In this document: positions 18,919 to 27,403 of the stretch, piece by piece | How positions within the stretch are numbered: the stretch's first letter is position 1 | Layout: each line of letters opens with the position of its first letter | Assembly (NCBI GenBank): GCA_041664605.1 | Contig: JBAYKO010000001.1 | Span: forward strand, 9,220 to 73,219 | Length of the DNA stretch: 64,000 nt | Direction: 5' to 3' | Source: Minisyncoccota bacterium | Lineage (GTDB): Bacteria; Patescibacteriota; Minisyncoccia; Phycocordibacterales; UBA9973 | Notes under the pieces: model-generated | What the model was told of the DNA's origin: nothing | Databases searched by the model: none | What the model saw: the letters and a program-made list of their open reading frames with translations, nothing else | Position numbers and translations under genes: made by a program

Positions 18919-19116
18919 ATGAATGAGCTACGTAAAAGTTTAATAAGTTATCAAAATTTTGAACCTAAAGAGGGGCAACGAAAGCTTTTACGTAGCAGTA
19001 AAGACTTAATTCGTTGTCCCTCTTTAGATTATAAATACGTTGTTTCTTCGGAGCTTGAGGTCGATCGAGCTTTTGATATTCTTTTTGAGGAGACAATGAA
19101 ACTAAATGAAAAATAG
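18919..19116 (+). CDS. hypothetical small protein
   Basis: 65-aa ORF located 3 bp upstream of the recombinase gene. Confidence 0.35.
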   Translation: MNELRKSLISYQNFEPKEGQRKLLRSSKDLIRCPSLDYKYVVSSELEVDRAFDILFEETMKLNEK

Positions 19117-19118
19117 TT

Positions 19119-20738
19119 ATGGAAAAAAATAAATTAATTGCAGTTTATGGAAGAGTATCAACTTCAAACCAAGAAAATGAGGGGACTATCGAAACACAAC
19201 TTTCTGCTGTAAATAAATTTACTATGGATAATGGTTTTATTATTGTTAAACAATATATTGATAATGGCTGGTCAGGTGATTCTTTGGCTCGTCCAGCTTT
19301 AGATCAACTTAGAATGGATGCTAAAAATAAAAACTGGGAATCAGTTTTGATTTATGATCCAGACAGATTAGCTCGGCGTGGAGCTTGGCAAGAAGTTGTA
19401 ATAGAAGAGTTAAAGGAACTGGAGATAGATGTTCTTTTTGTTACTATTCCAAAACCCAAAACCGATGAAGACATTATCATGTATAAAATGAGAGGAGTTT
19501 TTACTGAGTATGAAAGAATGAAAATAAAAGAAAGATTTAGACTTGGTAAGGTTCGTAAAGCGAATGAAAATAATATTATTTTAACGGAAGCACCTTATGG
19601 TTATAATTTCATAGTAAAAAAAGGGAAGAGAGGGGATGTTGATTTTAAGCAAGGATACTTGGAGATAAATGAAAGAGAATCACAAATTGTTAAGAATATA
19701 TTTTCTTGGGTAGACGAAGATGGTTTGAGATTGAGAGGCATAGTTAGAAAGCTTCAAAAATTAGGAGTACCTCCTCGCAAAAGTAAGCGTGGCGTTTGGA
19801 ATACAAGTACGTTGAGTACTTTATTAAGAAATAAAACATATATCGGTGAGGGTCATTATGGAGCCTCGTACGCTACCGTACCAGTTAATCCTCTTAAGAA
19901 AGAAACTTACAAAAAGATTAAAAAAACCAGCAGACGAATGAAACCAGAAAGTGAATGGATTAAAATTACTACTCCTAAAATTATTGATGAAGATTTATTT
20001 TATAGAGTTGGAGAAAAGTTAAAATCTAATTTTATAATGTCAGAAAGAAATACTAAGAATGAATATCTTCTTACTGGTAAGATTTGGTGTAATTGTGGAA
20101 AGAGACGAGCTGGAGAAGGCCCACAACGAGGCAAACATCTTTATTACAGATGCACTGATCGAATTAAAAGTTTTCCTTTACAACCTACATGTAAAGAAAA
20201 AGCTTGGAATGCTAGAATTGTGGATCCGTTGGTATGGAAAAAGATTACAGAAATTATGAGTTCTCCTCAATTATTATCTAAACAAGTTGAGCGCTGGATC
20301 AGTAATCAAAATAAAGGGATTTGTACTTCGACTATAAATACTGAAGAAACAAAAAAGGAGATAATTAAACTTGAAGATCAGGAAGATCGATATACTAAAG
20401 CTTATGGTGCCGGCGTAATTACAATCGATCAATTAAAAGAATACATTACTCCTGTTAAGGAAAAGATATTATCTTTTAATAATCAAATAACCAACGCTCA
20501 ATTAGAAAGCCAACAGGTTGATCAAAAAACATTTCCAGAGTTTAGTCAGTTAGAGATCTTTGCCAAAAAGGCTTCAGAGGCTCTTAATAACTTGAATTTT
20601 AACGCCAAAAAAGCCATAATCAGAGGTATTATAGATAAAGTGGTCGGAAACAAACAAGAATTACAAGTTTATGGAAGAATTCCAATAGAATCAAATATCA
20701 ATGTCTTCTCTTTCAATCGGGATTGTGGGATTACCTAA
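19119..20738 (+). CDS. large serine recombinase (integrase)
   Basis: N-terminal resolvase domain AVYGRVSTSNQ (catalytic Ser); recombinase domain; C-terminal zinc ribbon CNCGKRRAG...YYRCTD; 539 aa; the 3' end overlaps ychF by 38 nt. Confidence 0.85.
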   Translation: MEKNKLIAVYGRVSTSNQENEGTIETQLSAVNKFTMDNGFIIVKQYIDNGWSGDSLARPALDQLRMDAKNKNWESVLIYDPDRLARRGAWQEVVIEELKELEIDVLFVTIPKPKTDEDIIMYKMRGVFTEYERMKIKERFRLGKVRKANENNIILTEAPYGYNFIVKKGKRGDVDFKQGYLEINERESQIVKNIFSWVDEDGLRLRGIVRKLQKLGVPPRKSKRGVWNTSTLSTLLRNKTYIGEGHYGASYATVPVNPLKKETYKKIKKTSRRMKPESEWIKITTPKIIDEDLFYRVGEKLKSNFIMSERNTKNEYLLTGKIWCNCGKRRAGEGPQRGKHLYYRCTDRIKSFPLQPTCKEKAWNARIVDPLVWKKITEIMSSPQLLSKQVERWISNQNKGICTSTINTEETKKEIIKLEDQEDRYTKAYGAGVITIDQLKEYITPVKEKILSFNNQITNAQLESQQVDQKTFPEFSQLEIFAKKASEALNNLNFNAKKAIIRGIIDKVVGNKQELQVYGRIPIESNINVFSFNRDCGIT

Positions 20739-21714
20739 TGTTGGAAAATCCACACTCTTTAATGCATTAACAAAAAAATCTGTACCGGCGGAAAATTATC
20801 CATTCTGTACCATTGATCCATCAGTGGGCATTGTTCCCGTGCCTGATGAAAGATTACAAATCTTATCTCTATTTTCTAAGTCAGTAAAAACAATTCCGGC
20901 TATTATTGAATTCGTTGATATTGCAGGATTAGTTGCTGGTGCGTCAAAAGGAGAGGGACTTGGAAATAAATTTCTTTCTAATATTAGAGAAGTGGATGCA
21001 ATTGCCCATGTGGTTCGTACATTTCAAGATGATTTAGTTATTCATGTTGCAAATAAAATTGATCCATTAAATGATATTGGTGTCATAAATTTAGAATTGA
21101 TTTTATCTGATATGGAAGTTGTTTCTAAAAGAATTGCTAATTTGCAAAAAGATGTAAAAAAGAATGACAAGGAAGCGATTTTAGAAGAAGCCTTTTTAAA
21201 GAGAATTGAAAAAGCACTAGAAGAAGGAAAATTAGCAACTGAAGTTGATTTGACAGATGAAGAAAAATCTAAGATAAAATCTCTGAATCTTTTGAGTTTA
21301 AAACCAATGATTTATGTGATGAATGTTTCTGAGGCGACCGAAAATACTGAAATAGAAATTCCAAAAGAAGCAGATGGAAAAGAAGCAATTTTTGTAAAAA
21401 TTGACCCAGTTTTTGAAAAAGGATTTGATGATTTGATAAAAAAAAGTTATGAGCTTTTAGGACTTGAGACTTACTTTACAACAGGAGAAGATGAGACTAG
21501 AGCTTGGACTATCAAAAAGGGAAGTACAGCACCAATTGCCGGTATGGCGATTCACACAGATTTTCGAGATAAATTTATTCGAGCTGAAGTGGTATATTGG
21601 AAAGATTTAATTGATTCAGGATCATATACAAATGCTCGATCTAAAGGATTAGTAAGAACAGAAGGGAAGGAATATGTGGTAAAAGATGGGGATGTAATTG
21701 AGTTTAAAATATAA
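20701..21714 (+). CDS. ychF: ribosome-binding ATPase YchF
   Basis: GIVGLPNVGKSTLFNALT P-loop and a C-terminal TGS domain. Confidence 0.85.
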   Translation: MSSLSIGIVGLPNVGKSTLFNALTKKSVPAENYPFCTIDPSVGIVPVPDERLQILSLFSKSVKTIPAIIEFVDIAGLVAGASKGEGLGNKFLSNIREVDAIAHVVRTFQDDLVIHVANKIDPLNDIGVINLELILSDMEVVSKRIANLQKDVKKNDKEAILEEAFLKRIEKALEEGKLATEVDLTDEEKSKIKSLNLLSLKPMIYVMNVSEATENTEIEIPKEADGKEAIFVKIDPVFEKGFDDLIKKSYELLGLETYFTTGEDETRAWTIKKGSTAPIAGMAIHTDFRDKFIRAEVVYWKDLIDSGSYTNARSKGLVRTEGKEYVVKDGDVIEFKI

Positions 21715-21750
21715 AACCCCCTATAAAAATATAAGGGGTTTTAAAATATC
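21715..21750 (+). terminator. intrinsic terminator
   Basis: aaaaccccc...aaggggtttt. Confidence 0.7.
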
Positions 21751-21759
21751 AATATTGTT

Positions 21760-22236
21760 TTACCGGACATTAAAATAGCGGTAATACAATTTTGTAAGAG
21801 CTGGTTCGAACAAGTGATACATTTGTTTTACAATGGAATTTCCGTTGTCAGATAAATAAATTTTATCTTTCAGAACATCTTCGGCTGAAAAGGAGTGCAT
21901 AGATTTTCTTTTCTTTGAATTTAAGATGTCAACAATAATTCCATATTTTCCAAACATATCAATACTTTCTTGTGTTAATCCAATAATAGATAAAAATTCT
22001 TGCTTATCAGTCTCACTGTAAACAGAAGAATATGAATTTTTATTTAACATCTTCTTTGTATCACTTTCAATAAAACCGAGTTTTGAAAGGAATCTTTCCG
22101 GGTCTTCCTCGGTTAATTTTCTCTTTTCTAAATCATGAAGAATTTCCATAATTATGAGAACAGCTTTGATTAGTGGGTGCCGTTGTCCCTGAAAGTTTAG
22201 GAATTTAGCATGTTTTATTAAATTATTACTTAACAT
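21760..22236 (-). CDS. hypothetical protein
   Basis: 158-aa ORF. Confidence 0.4.
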   Translation of the reverse strand: MLSNNLIKHAKFLNFQGQRHPLIKAVLIIMEILHDLEKRKLTEEDPERFLSKLGFIESDTKKMLNKNSYSSVYSETDKQEFLSIIGLTQESIDMFGKYGIIVDILNSKKRKSMHSFSAEDVLKDKIYLSDNGNSIVKQMYHLFEPALTKLYYRYFNVR

Positions 22237-22350
22237 TTCCTTGTTTTTTAAAATTACTCTAAAACAATTCTATAACATACTTACATAAATGTCAATACAT
22301 ATTAATTATTGTTTCCATCCAAATTTTTAAGGTGATATAATATAAACACT

Positions 22351-23415
22351 ATGGAAAAACAAAAATTAAATGTAGGTTATTTCTTTTTATCAGCCGGAGT
22401 TTTAATTTCTCTTATTGTTTCAGTTACTTCATTTCTTAATCTTGCTTTTGAAGTTTTAAATAAACAATTTCCTGATGTTTTAAATGCGACCTATCAATAT
22501 GGTTACAATACATCTCAATTTGAAGGAATTAGAATCTTCTTGGCAATGCTTATTATAGTATTTCCAACCTTTTTGATTCTTACTTACTTTTGGAAGAAAA
22601 ATGAAAAGAATGGATTAGGAGAATATGACCAAATTCTTCATCGTTGGCTTTCTTATATAGTTATTTTTCTTTCCTCAATCATTATTTTGGTTGATTTAAT
22701 TACTCTAGTCCAATATTTTGTTTCTGGAGGAATTACTATTCGATTTATTTTGAAAGTGCTGATAGCTTTAGCTACGGCCAAAATGATTCTTCTTTATTTC
22801 ACTTCTGAACTTTGGGATCTTAAATTCTGGGGAATTAAATGGAGAAAATGTTTTAGAATATGTTCAACTTATTTCTCAATGATACTTGTCTTGGCACTTA
22901 TTGTTTGGAGTTTTTGTGTGATTGGTAGTCCATTTAAACAAAGACAATTACAACTTGATGAAAAAAGGGTTCAAGATTTACAAAATATTCAAGGGCAAGT
23001 AATTAGTTATTGGCAACAGAAAGAAAAATTACCAGCAAGTATTGATGATCTTAAAAACCCACTTTCTGGATATTCTTTGCCTGTAGATCCAGAGTTTGAA
23101 AAAGGAAAAACTTATGAATATATTGTAACCGACAAAACAAGACTTAAATTTGAAGTTTGTGCTGATTTTTCACTACCTATGCCAAAAGGTTGGCAAGAAT
23201 ACCAAAATTATTACGACAAAGGAATTAGGCCAATGGCGGTTTCTGGAACAGCTGGAATTGATACCACCAATCCTGTAACAAATGAAATTTATCCCATCCC
23301 ATATCCATCTGGAACAAATGATTCATGGGACCACCAAATTGGACGAACTTGTTTTGAAAGAACTATAGACAAAGATCTATACCCTCCTTATCCAAAAGTT
23401 TGGAAAAATCAATAA
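22351..23415 (+). CDS. polytopic membrane protein with a C-terminal extracytoplasmic domain, hypothetical
   Basis: about 6 TM helices followed by a soluble domain. Confidence 0.45.
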   Translation: MEKQKLNVGYFFLSAGVLISLIVSVTSFLNLAFEVLNKQFPDVLNATYQYGYNTSQFEGIRIFLAMLIIVFPTFLILTYFWKKNEKNGLGEYDQILHRWLSYIVIFLSSIIILVDLITLVQYFVSGGITIRFILKVLIALATAKMILLYFTSELWDLKFWGIKWRKCFRICSTYFSMILVLALIVWSFCVIGSPFKQRQLQLDEKRVQDLQNIQGQVISYWQQKEKLPASIDDLKNPLSGYSLPVDPEFEKGKTYEYIVTDKTRLKFEVCADFSLPMPKGWQEYQNYYDKGIRPMAVSGTAGIDTTNPVTNEIYPIPYPSGTNDSWDHQIGRTCFERTIDKDLYPPYPKVWKNQ

Positions 23416-23527
23416 ATAAAAAATACCACTCCGGTCTAGGTCGGAGCGGTATTTTAAAAGTTATAAACATATACGATGTTAAATTTTTAGTATAATTAAA
23501 CTAGAAGAACTTTTAATACTAAAAAAT

Positions 23528-23962
23528 TTGAGAAGGAAATCGAATAAGAAACTTATTGGATTTAATGAGTTTCAGATTAAAGCCGAAAATGGTGGAGTGC
23601 GTCTTGCTATTTTGAAATTAGAAAGCAGACTTCGGAAAGATGTTTTTAATAATTTCTCTATCGGAGAATTAGTTGATTTTTACTTAATGGACTTGGAAAC
23701 AAGGACAAAAGAAGCAATTGTGCGTGCTATAAGTAAAAAACAAAAAACAGATTTTGCTACAATTCTTGTCAAAAATGGTCATTATGAAAGTGTAATGAAT
23801 ATTATTCTACCCATCTTATTAAAGAAGGATAGAGAATTTCTGCACTTTATATGTGAGAAAGAGATAAAATCTGAGACAAGGGATATTATTGTAAGGGAAA
23901 TGTTTTCAGAAGCACAAAAGAGAGGAGGCTCAAATTATATTATAAAAATAAAAACGGCATGA
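23528..23962 (+). CDS. hypothetical protein (TTG start as called in the ORF track)
   Basis: 144-aa ORF with terminator hairpins on both sides. Confidence 0.35.
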   Translation: MRRKSNKKLIGFNEFQIKAENGGVRLAILKLESRLRKDVFNNFSIGELVDFYLMDLETRTKEAIVRAISKKQKTDFATILVKNGHYESVMNIILPILLKKDREFLHFICEKEIKSETRDIIVREMFSEAQKRGGSNYIIKIKTA

Positions 23963-24054
23963 TTATGCCAAGTGTTAACCAAACCCCGTCTTTACGGGGT
24001 TTAAATTTTACTAATTAATTATTTTAAAAAACAAAAACCGCCAACTCTGGCGGT

Positions 24055-24267
24055 TTAAAAAATACTTTCATAAATCAGTTCCAAGGTTAAAATAATCAAA
24101 AAAGATAATCCCATAGTTTCTACATAATAGAAAATAAAATGGGGTATTAAAATTTTTGGAAATGAAAAGCTTAGAACAATCCCTAATATTAAAAGTATTA
24201 ATATTGAGGTTGCGTATTTAACCCTATTTTTGTGAGTGAAGTCCAATATTTTTTTTATTACTCTCAT
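24055..24267 (-). CDS. small two-TM membrane protein, hypothetical
   Basis: 70 aa, hydrophobic, with its own terminator at 24033..24056. Confidence 0.3.
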   Translation of the reverse strand: MRVIKKILDFTHKNRVKYATSILILLILGIVLSFSFPKILIPHFIFYYVETMGLSFLIILTLELIYESIF

Positions 24268-24400
24268 ACTGAAATATCTAATTTTTTCTAAATAAAATTT
24301 AATATATTACAGTTATTTTGTCAAGCTTAAAGAATTTATTTGAATATCATAAATTATCTATAAAAACAGGGTTATTTTTATGAATAATTTATGATAGAAT

Positions 24401-27301
24401 ATGAATATTATGAAAATCTACGACCATAAAAAAATAGAAAAGAAGTGGCAAAAAGAATGGGAAAAGAAAAAAATTTACCAAACTTCTGATGATATAAAAA
24501 AATCAAAATTTTATATTTTAGATATGTTTCCTTACCCATCAGGCGAAGGGCTTCATGTTGGGCATCCGCGTGGTTATATAGGAACAGATATTTATTCTCG
24601 TTATAAAAGAATGAAAGGTTGTAATGTACTTCATCCGATGGGATGGGATGCTTTTGGTTTACCAGCAGAACAATTTGCTATAAAAAATAAGATTCATCCA
24701 GAAGTTGCTGTTAAAAAAAATATAAAAAGATATAAAGAACAATTATCAATGATCGGTTTTGATTATGATTGGTCAAGAGAAATTAATACAACAGATCCGG
24801 AATATTATAAATGGACACAATGGTGTTTTTTAAAGTTTTACGAAAAAGGTTTAGCTTATGAATCTTCTGAACCAATAAACTGGTGTTCTGTGTGTAAAAC
24901 TGGTTTAGCTAATGAAGACCTAGAGGGAAATACTTGTGAGCGTTGCGGGACTGTTGTTGAAAAAAGACCAATGCGTCAATGGGTTTTAAAGATTACAGAT
25001 TATGCAGAAAGATTACTTGATGACTTAAATGATTTAAATTGGCCAGAATCAATAAAAATTTCTCAAAGAAATTGGATAGGGAAATCAGAAGGATCAGAAA
25101 TTGATTTTAAAATAAAAAATAGTGAACTAAAAATAAAAGTATTTACAACAAGAGCAGATACTTTATTTGGTGCTACTTATTTGGTTTTAGCCCCGGAACA
25201 TAAACTGATTGAAGACTTACGATCAGAAATAATAAATTTTAAAGAAGTTAAAAAATATATTCATGAATCAGAAAATAAATCAGAGATTGAAAGAATGTCA
25301 GAAGACAAAGCAAAGACGGGAATAAAATTAGAAGGAGTTTCGGCGGTCAATCCAGTAAACGGAGAAGAAATTCCAGTTTGGGTGGCTGATTATGTGTTGG
25401 GACATTACGGCACAGGAGCAATTATGGCAGTTCCAGCTCACGATGAAAGAGATTTTTCTTTTGCTCAAAAATATAACATTCCCATTAAAGAAGTTGTTGT
25501 TCCAGAAAGGATTGACAAAAGAAACCCACCTATTACAGGTAAAAATAAAATTGAAAGACAAAATGTTCAGGTTGTTGTTAGGAATCCTAAAGATGGAAAG
25601 ATTCTTTATCTAAGGTCAGATAAACATAACTGGAATACATTTCCCATGGGAGGAATAGAAAAAGGTGAAGATGTTTTAGAAGCCGGAATAAGAGAAGTTT
25701 TAGAAGAAACAGGTTATAAAAATTTAACAAATGGAAAAATTTTAGGAGGGCAAGTTCGTGCGGAATATTTTGCAAGCCATAAAGATGAAAATCGTATATC
25801 TTATACGACCCTAGTTTCCTTCGATTTAATAGATGAAGAAAAAGAGGAAGTTTCAAAAAAAGAAAAAGATGAACATAAACCTCGCTGGGCAGACTTAAAA
25901 GATTTAACTACCACTTTTATGGTTCATGCAGAAATGGATATTTGGCTTGAAAAAATTGCTGGCAAAATTGGAACTTTTAAAGATGAGGGCGTTTTAATTA
26001 ATTCTGGGAAATTTAATGGGATGGAAAGTGTTAAAGCTCAAAAAGAAATTACAGAATTTGTCGGAGGTAAAATTACTACAAAATATAAACTTCAAGATTG
26101 GACTTTTTCGCGACAACGATATTGGGGAGAACCGATTCCACTTATACATTGTGAAAAATGTGGAATTGTTCCTGTTCCTGAAAAAGATCTCCCAGTTTTA
26201 TTACCAAAAGTAAAATCATATGAAGTTTCAGAAACAGGAGAGTCCCCACTTGCAAAAATTGAAAGTTTTGTGAATACAACTTGCCCAAAATGTGGAGGTG
26301 AGGCCAAAAGAGAAACAAATACTATGCCCCAATGGGCCGGTTCTTCATGGTATTATCTTCGCTATATTGATCCAGAAAATAAAAAAGTTTTTGTCGATAA
26401 AGATAAAGAAAAATATTTTTCCCCAGTTGATTTTTATGTTGGGGGGACTGAGCATGCGACAAGACATTTGATCTATGTTCGTTTTTGGCATAAAGTTCTT
26501 TTTGATTTAGGTTTTGTAAATTACAAAGAGCCATTTTTAAAATTAAAAAACCAAGGGTTAATAATTGCATCTGATGGAAGAAAAATGAGTAAGCGTTGGG
26601 GGAATGTGGTTAATCCAGATGAAATGGTAAAAACTTATGGTGCAGACACACTTCGGGTTTACGAAATGTTTATGGGGCCATTTGATCAAATGGTTGCATG
26701 GAACACAGAAAGTGTTATGGGAGCAAGAAGATTTATAGAAAAAATTTGGCGTTTACAAGAAAAAGTTTCTAAAGAAAAAAGTAATCCTGAAATAAAAAAA
26801 CTTTTACATAAAACAATAAAAAAAGTAACTGATGATATTGAGAATATGAGCTATAACACAGCAATATCTTCAATGATGATTTTGGCGGGAGCAATGGAAA
26901 AAGAAGAAAAAATTAATGAAAATGATTATAAAAATTTACTACAGATTTTAGCGCCTTTTGCTCCATATATAACTGAAGAAATTTGGTTTGAATTAGGAAA
27001 TAAGAAAAATATTCATTTAAGTGATTGGCCAGAACATGATAAAAATATAATTATTGATGATAAATTTATAATTGTTATCCAAATAAACGGAAAAGTTAGG
27101 ACTGAAATTGAAATAAATGCAGACGAAACAGAAGAAGAAATAAAAAATAAAACTCTACAAAATGATATTGTAAAAAACTGGCTAAAACTTTCGCAAGGCG
27201 AAGGTTCGCCCGGCCAGAAAACTGGCTTAGGGACAGAAGATAAAGAAATAAAGAAATTTATTTATATCAAAAACAGATTAGTTAATATAGTGACAGGTTA
27301 G
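24401..27301 (+). CDS. leuS: leucyl-tRNA synthetase with an inserted Nudix hydrolase domain
   Basis: HIGH motif HVGHPRGY; CP1 editing domain TRADTLFGATYLV; KMSKS motif GRKMSKRWGN; an embedded Nudix box at about 25645..25716. Confidence 0.9.
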   Translation: MNIMKIYDHKKIEKKWQKEWEKKKIYQTSDDIKKSKFYILDMFPYPSGEGLHVGHPRGYIGTDIYSRYKRMKGCNVLHPMGWDAFGLPAEQFAIKNKIHPEVAVKKNIKRYKEQLSMIGFDYDWSREINTTDPEYYKWTQWCFLKFYEKGLAYESSEPINWCSVCKTGLANEDLEGNTCERCGTVVEKRPMRQWVLKITDYAERLLDDLNDLNWPESIKISQRNWIGKSEGSEIDFKIKNSELKIKVFTTRADTLFGATYLVLAPEHKLIEDLRSEIINFKEVKKYIHESENKSEIERMSEDKAKTGIKLEGVSAVNPVNGEEIPVWVADYVLGHYGTGAIMAVPAHDERDFSFAQKYNIPIKEVVVPERIDKRNPPITGKNKIERQNVQVVVRNPKDGKILYLRSDKHNWNTFPMGGIEKGEDVLEAGIREVLEETGYKNLTNGKILGGQVRAEYFASHKDENRISYTTLVSFDLIDEEKEEVSKKEKDEHKPRWADLKDLTTTFMVHAEMDIWLEKIAGKIGTFKDEGVLINSGKFNGMESVKAQKEITEFVGGKITTKYKLQDWTFSRQRYWGEPIPLIHCEKCGIVPVPEKDLPVLLPKVKSYEVSETGESPLAKIESFVNTTCPKCGGEAKRETNTMPQWAGSSWYYLRYIDPENKKVFVDKDKEKYFSPVDFYVGGTEHATRHLIYVRFWHKVLFDLGFVNYKEPFLKLKNQGLIIASDGRKMSKRWGNVVNPDEMVKTYGADTLRVYEMFMGPFDQMVAWNTESVMGARRFIEKIWRLQEKVSKEKSNPEIKKLLHKTIKKVTDDIENMSYNTAISSMMILAGAMEKEEKINENDYKNLLQILAPFAPYITEEIWFELGNKKNIHLSDWPEHDKNIIIDDKFIIVIQINGKVRTEIEINADETEEEIKNKTLQNDIVKNWLKLSQGEGSPGQKTGLGTEDKEIKKFIYIKNRLVNIVTG

Positions 27302-27352
27302 TTATAAAGTTCATAAAGTTCATAGAGTTATAGAGTTTATAAAGTATTAAGA

Positions 27353-27386
27353 GTGTAAATTTTTTATGAAATAAAAAATTTACACC
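27353..27386. terminator. AT-rich perfect hairpin after leuS (terminator-like)
   Basis: gtgtaaatttttt atgaaat aaaaaatttacac. Confidence 0.4.
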
Positions 27387-27403
27387 AAGATTTTACTTGT
27401 GGG

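Larger units (their letters stand above)
4979..20738 (+). mobile_element. ~15.7-kb integrated element (serine-recombinase type) inserted into the 5' end of ychF
   Basis: Left end atgtctttatcaatcggaatggagtg (4979..5004) is an imperfect copy of the ychF start atgtcttctctttcaatcgggattgtggg (20701..). Cargo: Type III RM, nucleases, primase-helicase. A large serine recombinase gene abuts the right end. Confidence 0.7.

Noticed and set aside
20701-20738. Possibility that the recombinase/ychF overlap means ychF is disrupted
   Set aside because: ychF has an intact ATG and the canonical N-terminal P-loop in its own frame. The overlap is a frame-offset 38-nt overlap, not a truncation.
27302-27386. CRISPR array
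   Set aside because: Only about 5 degenerate 9-bp units with no spacers and no cas genes. No other repeat-spacer structures were seen in the window.
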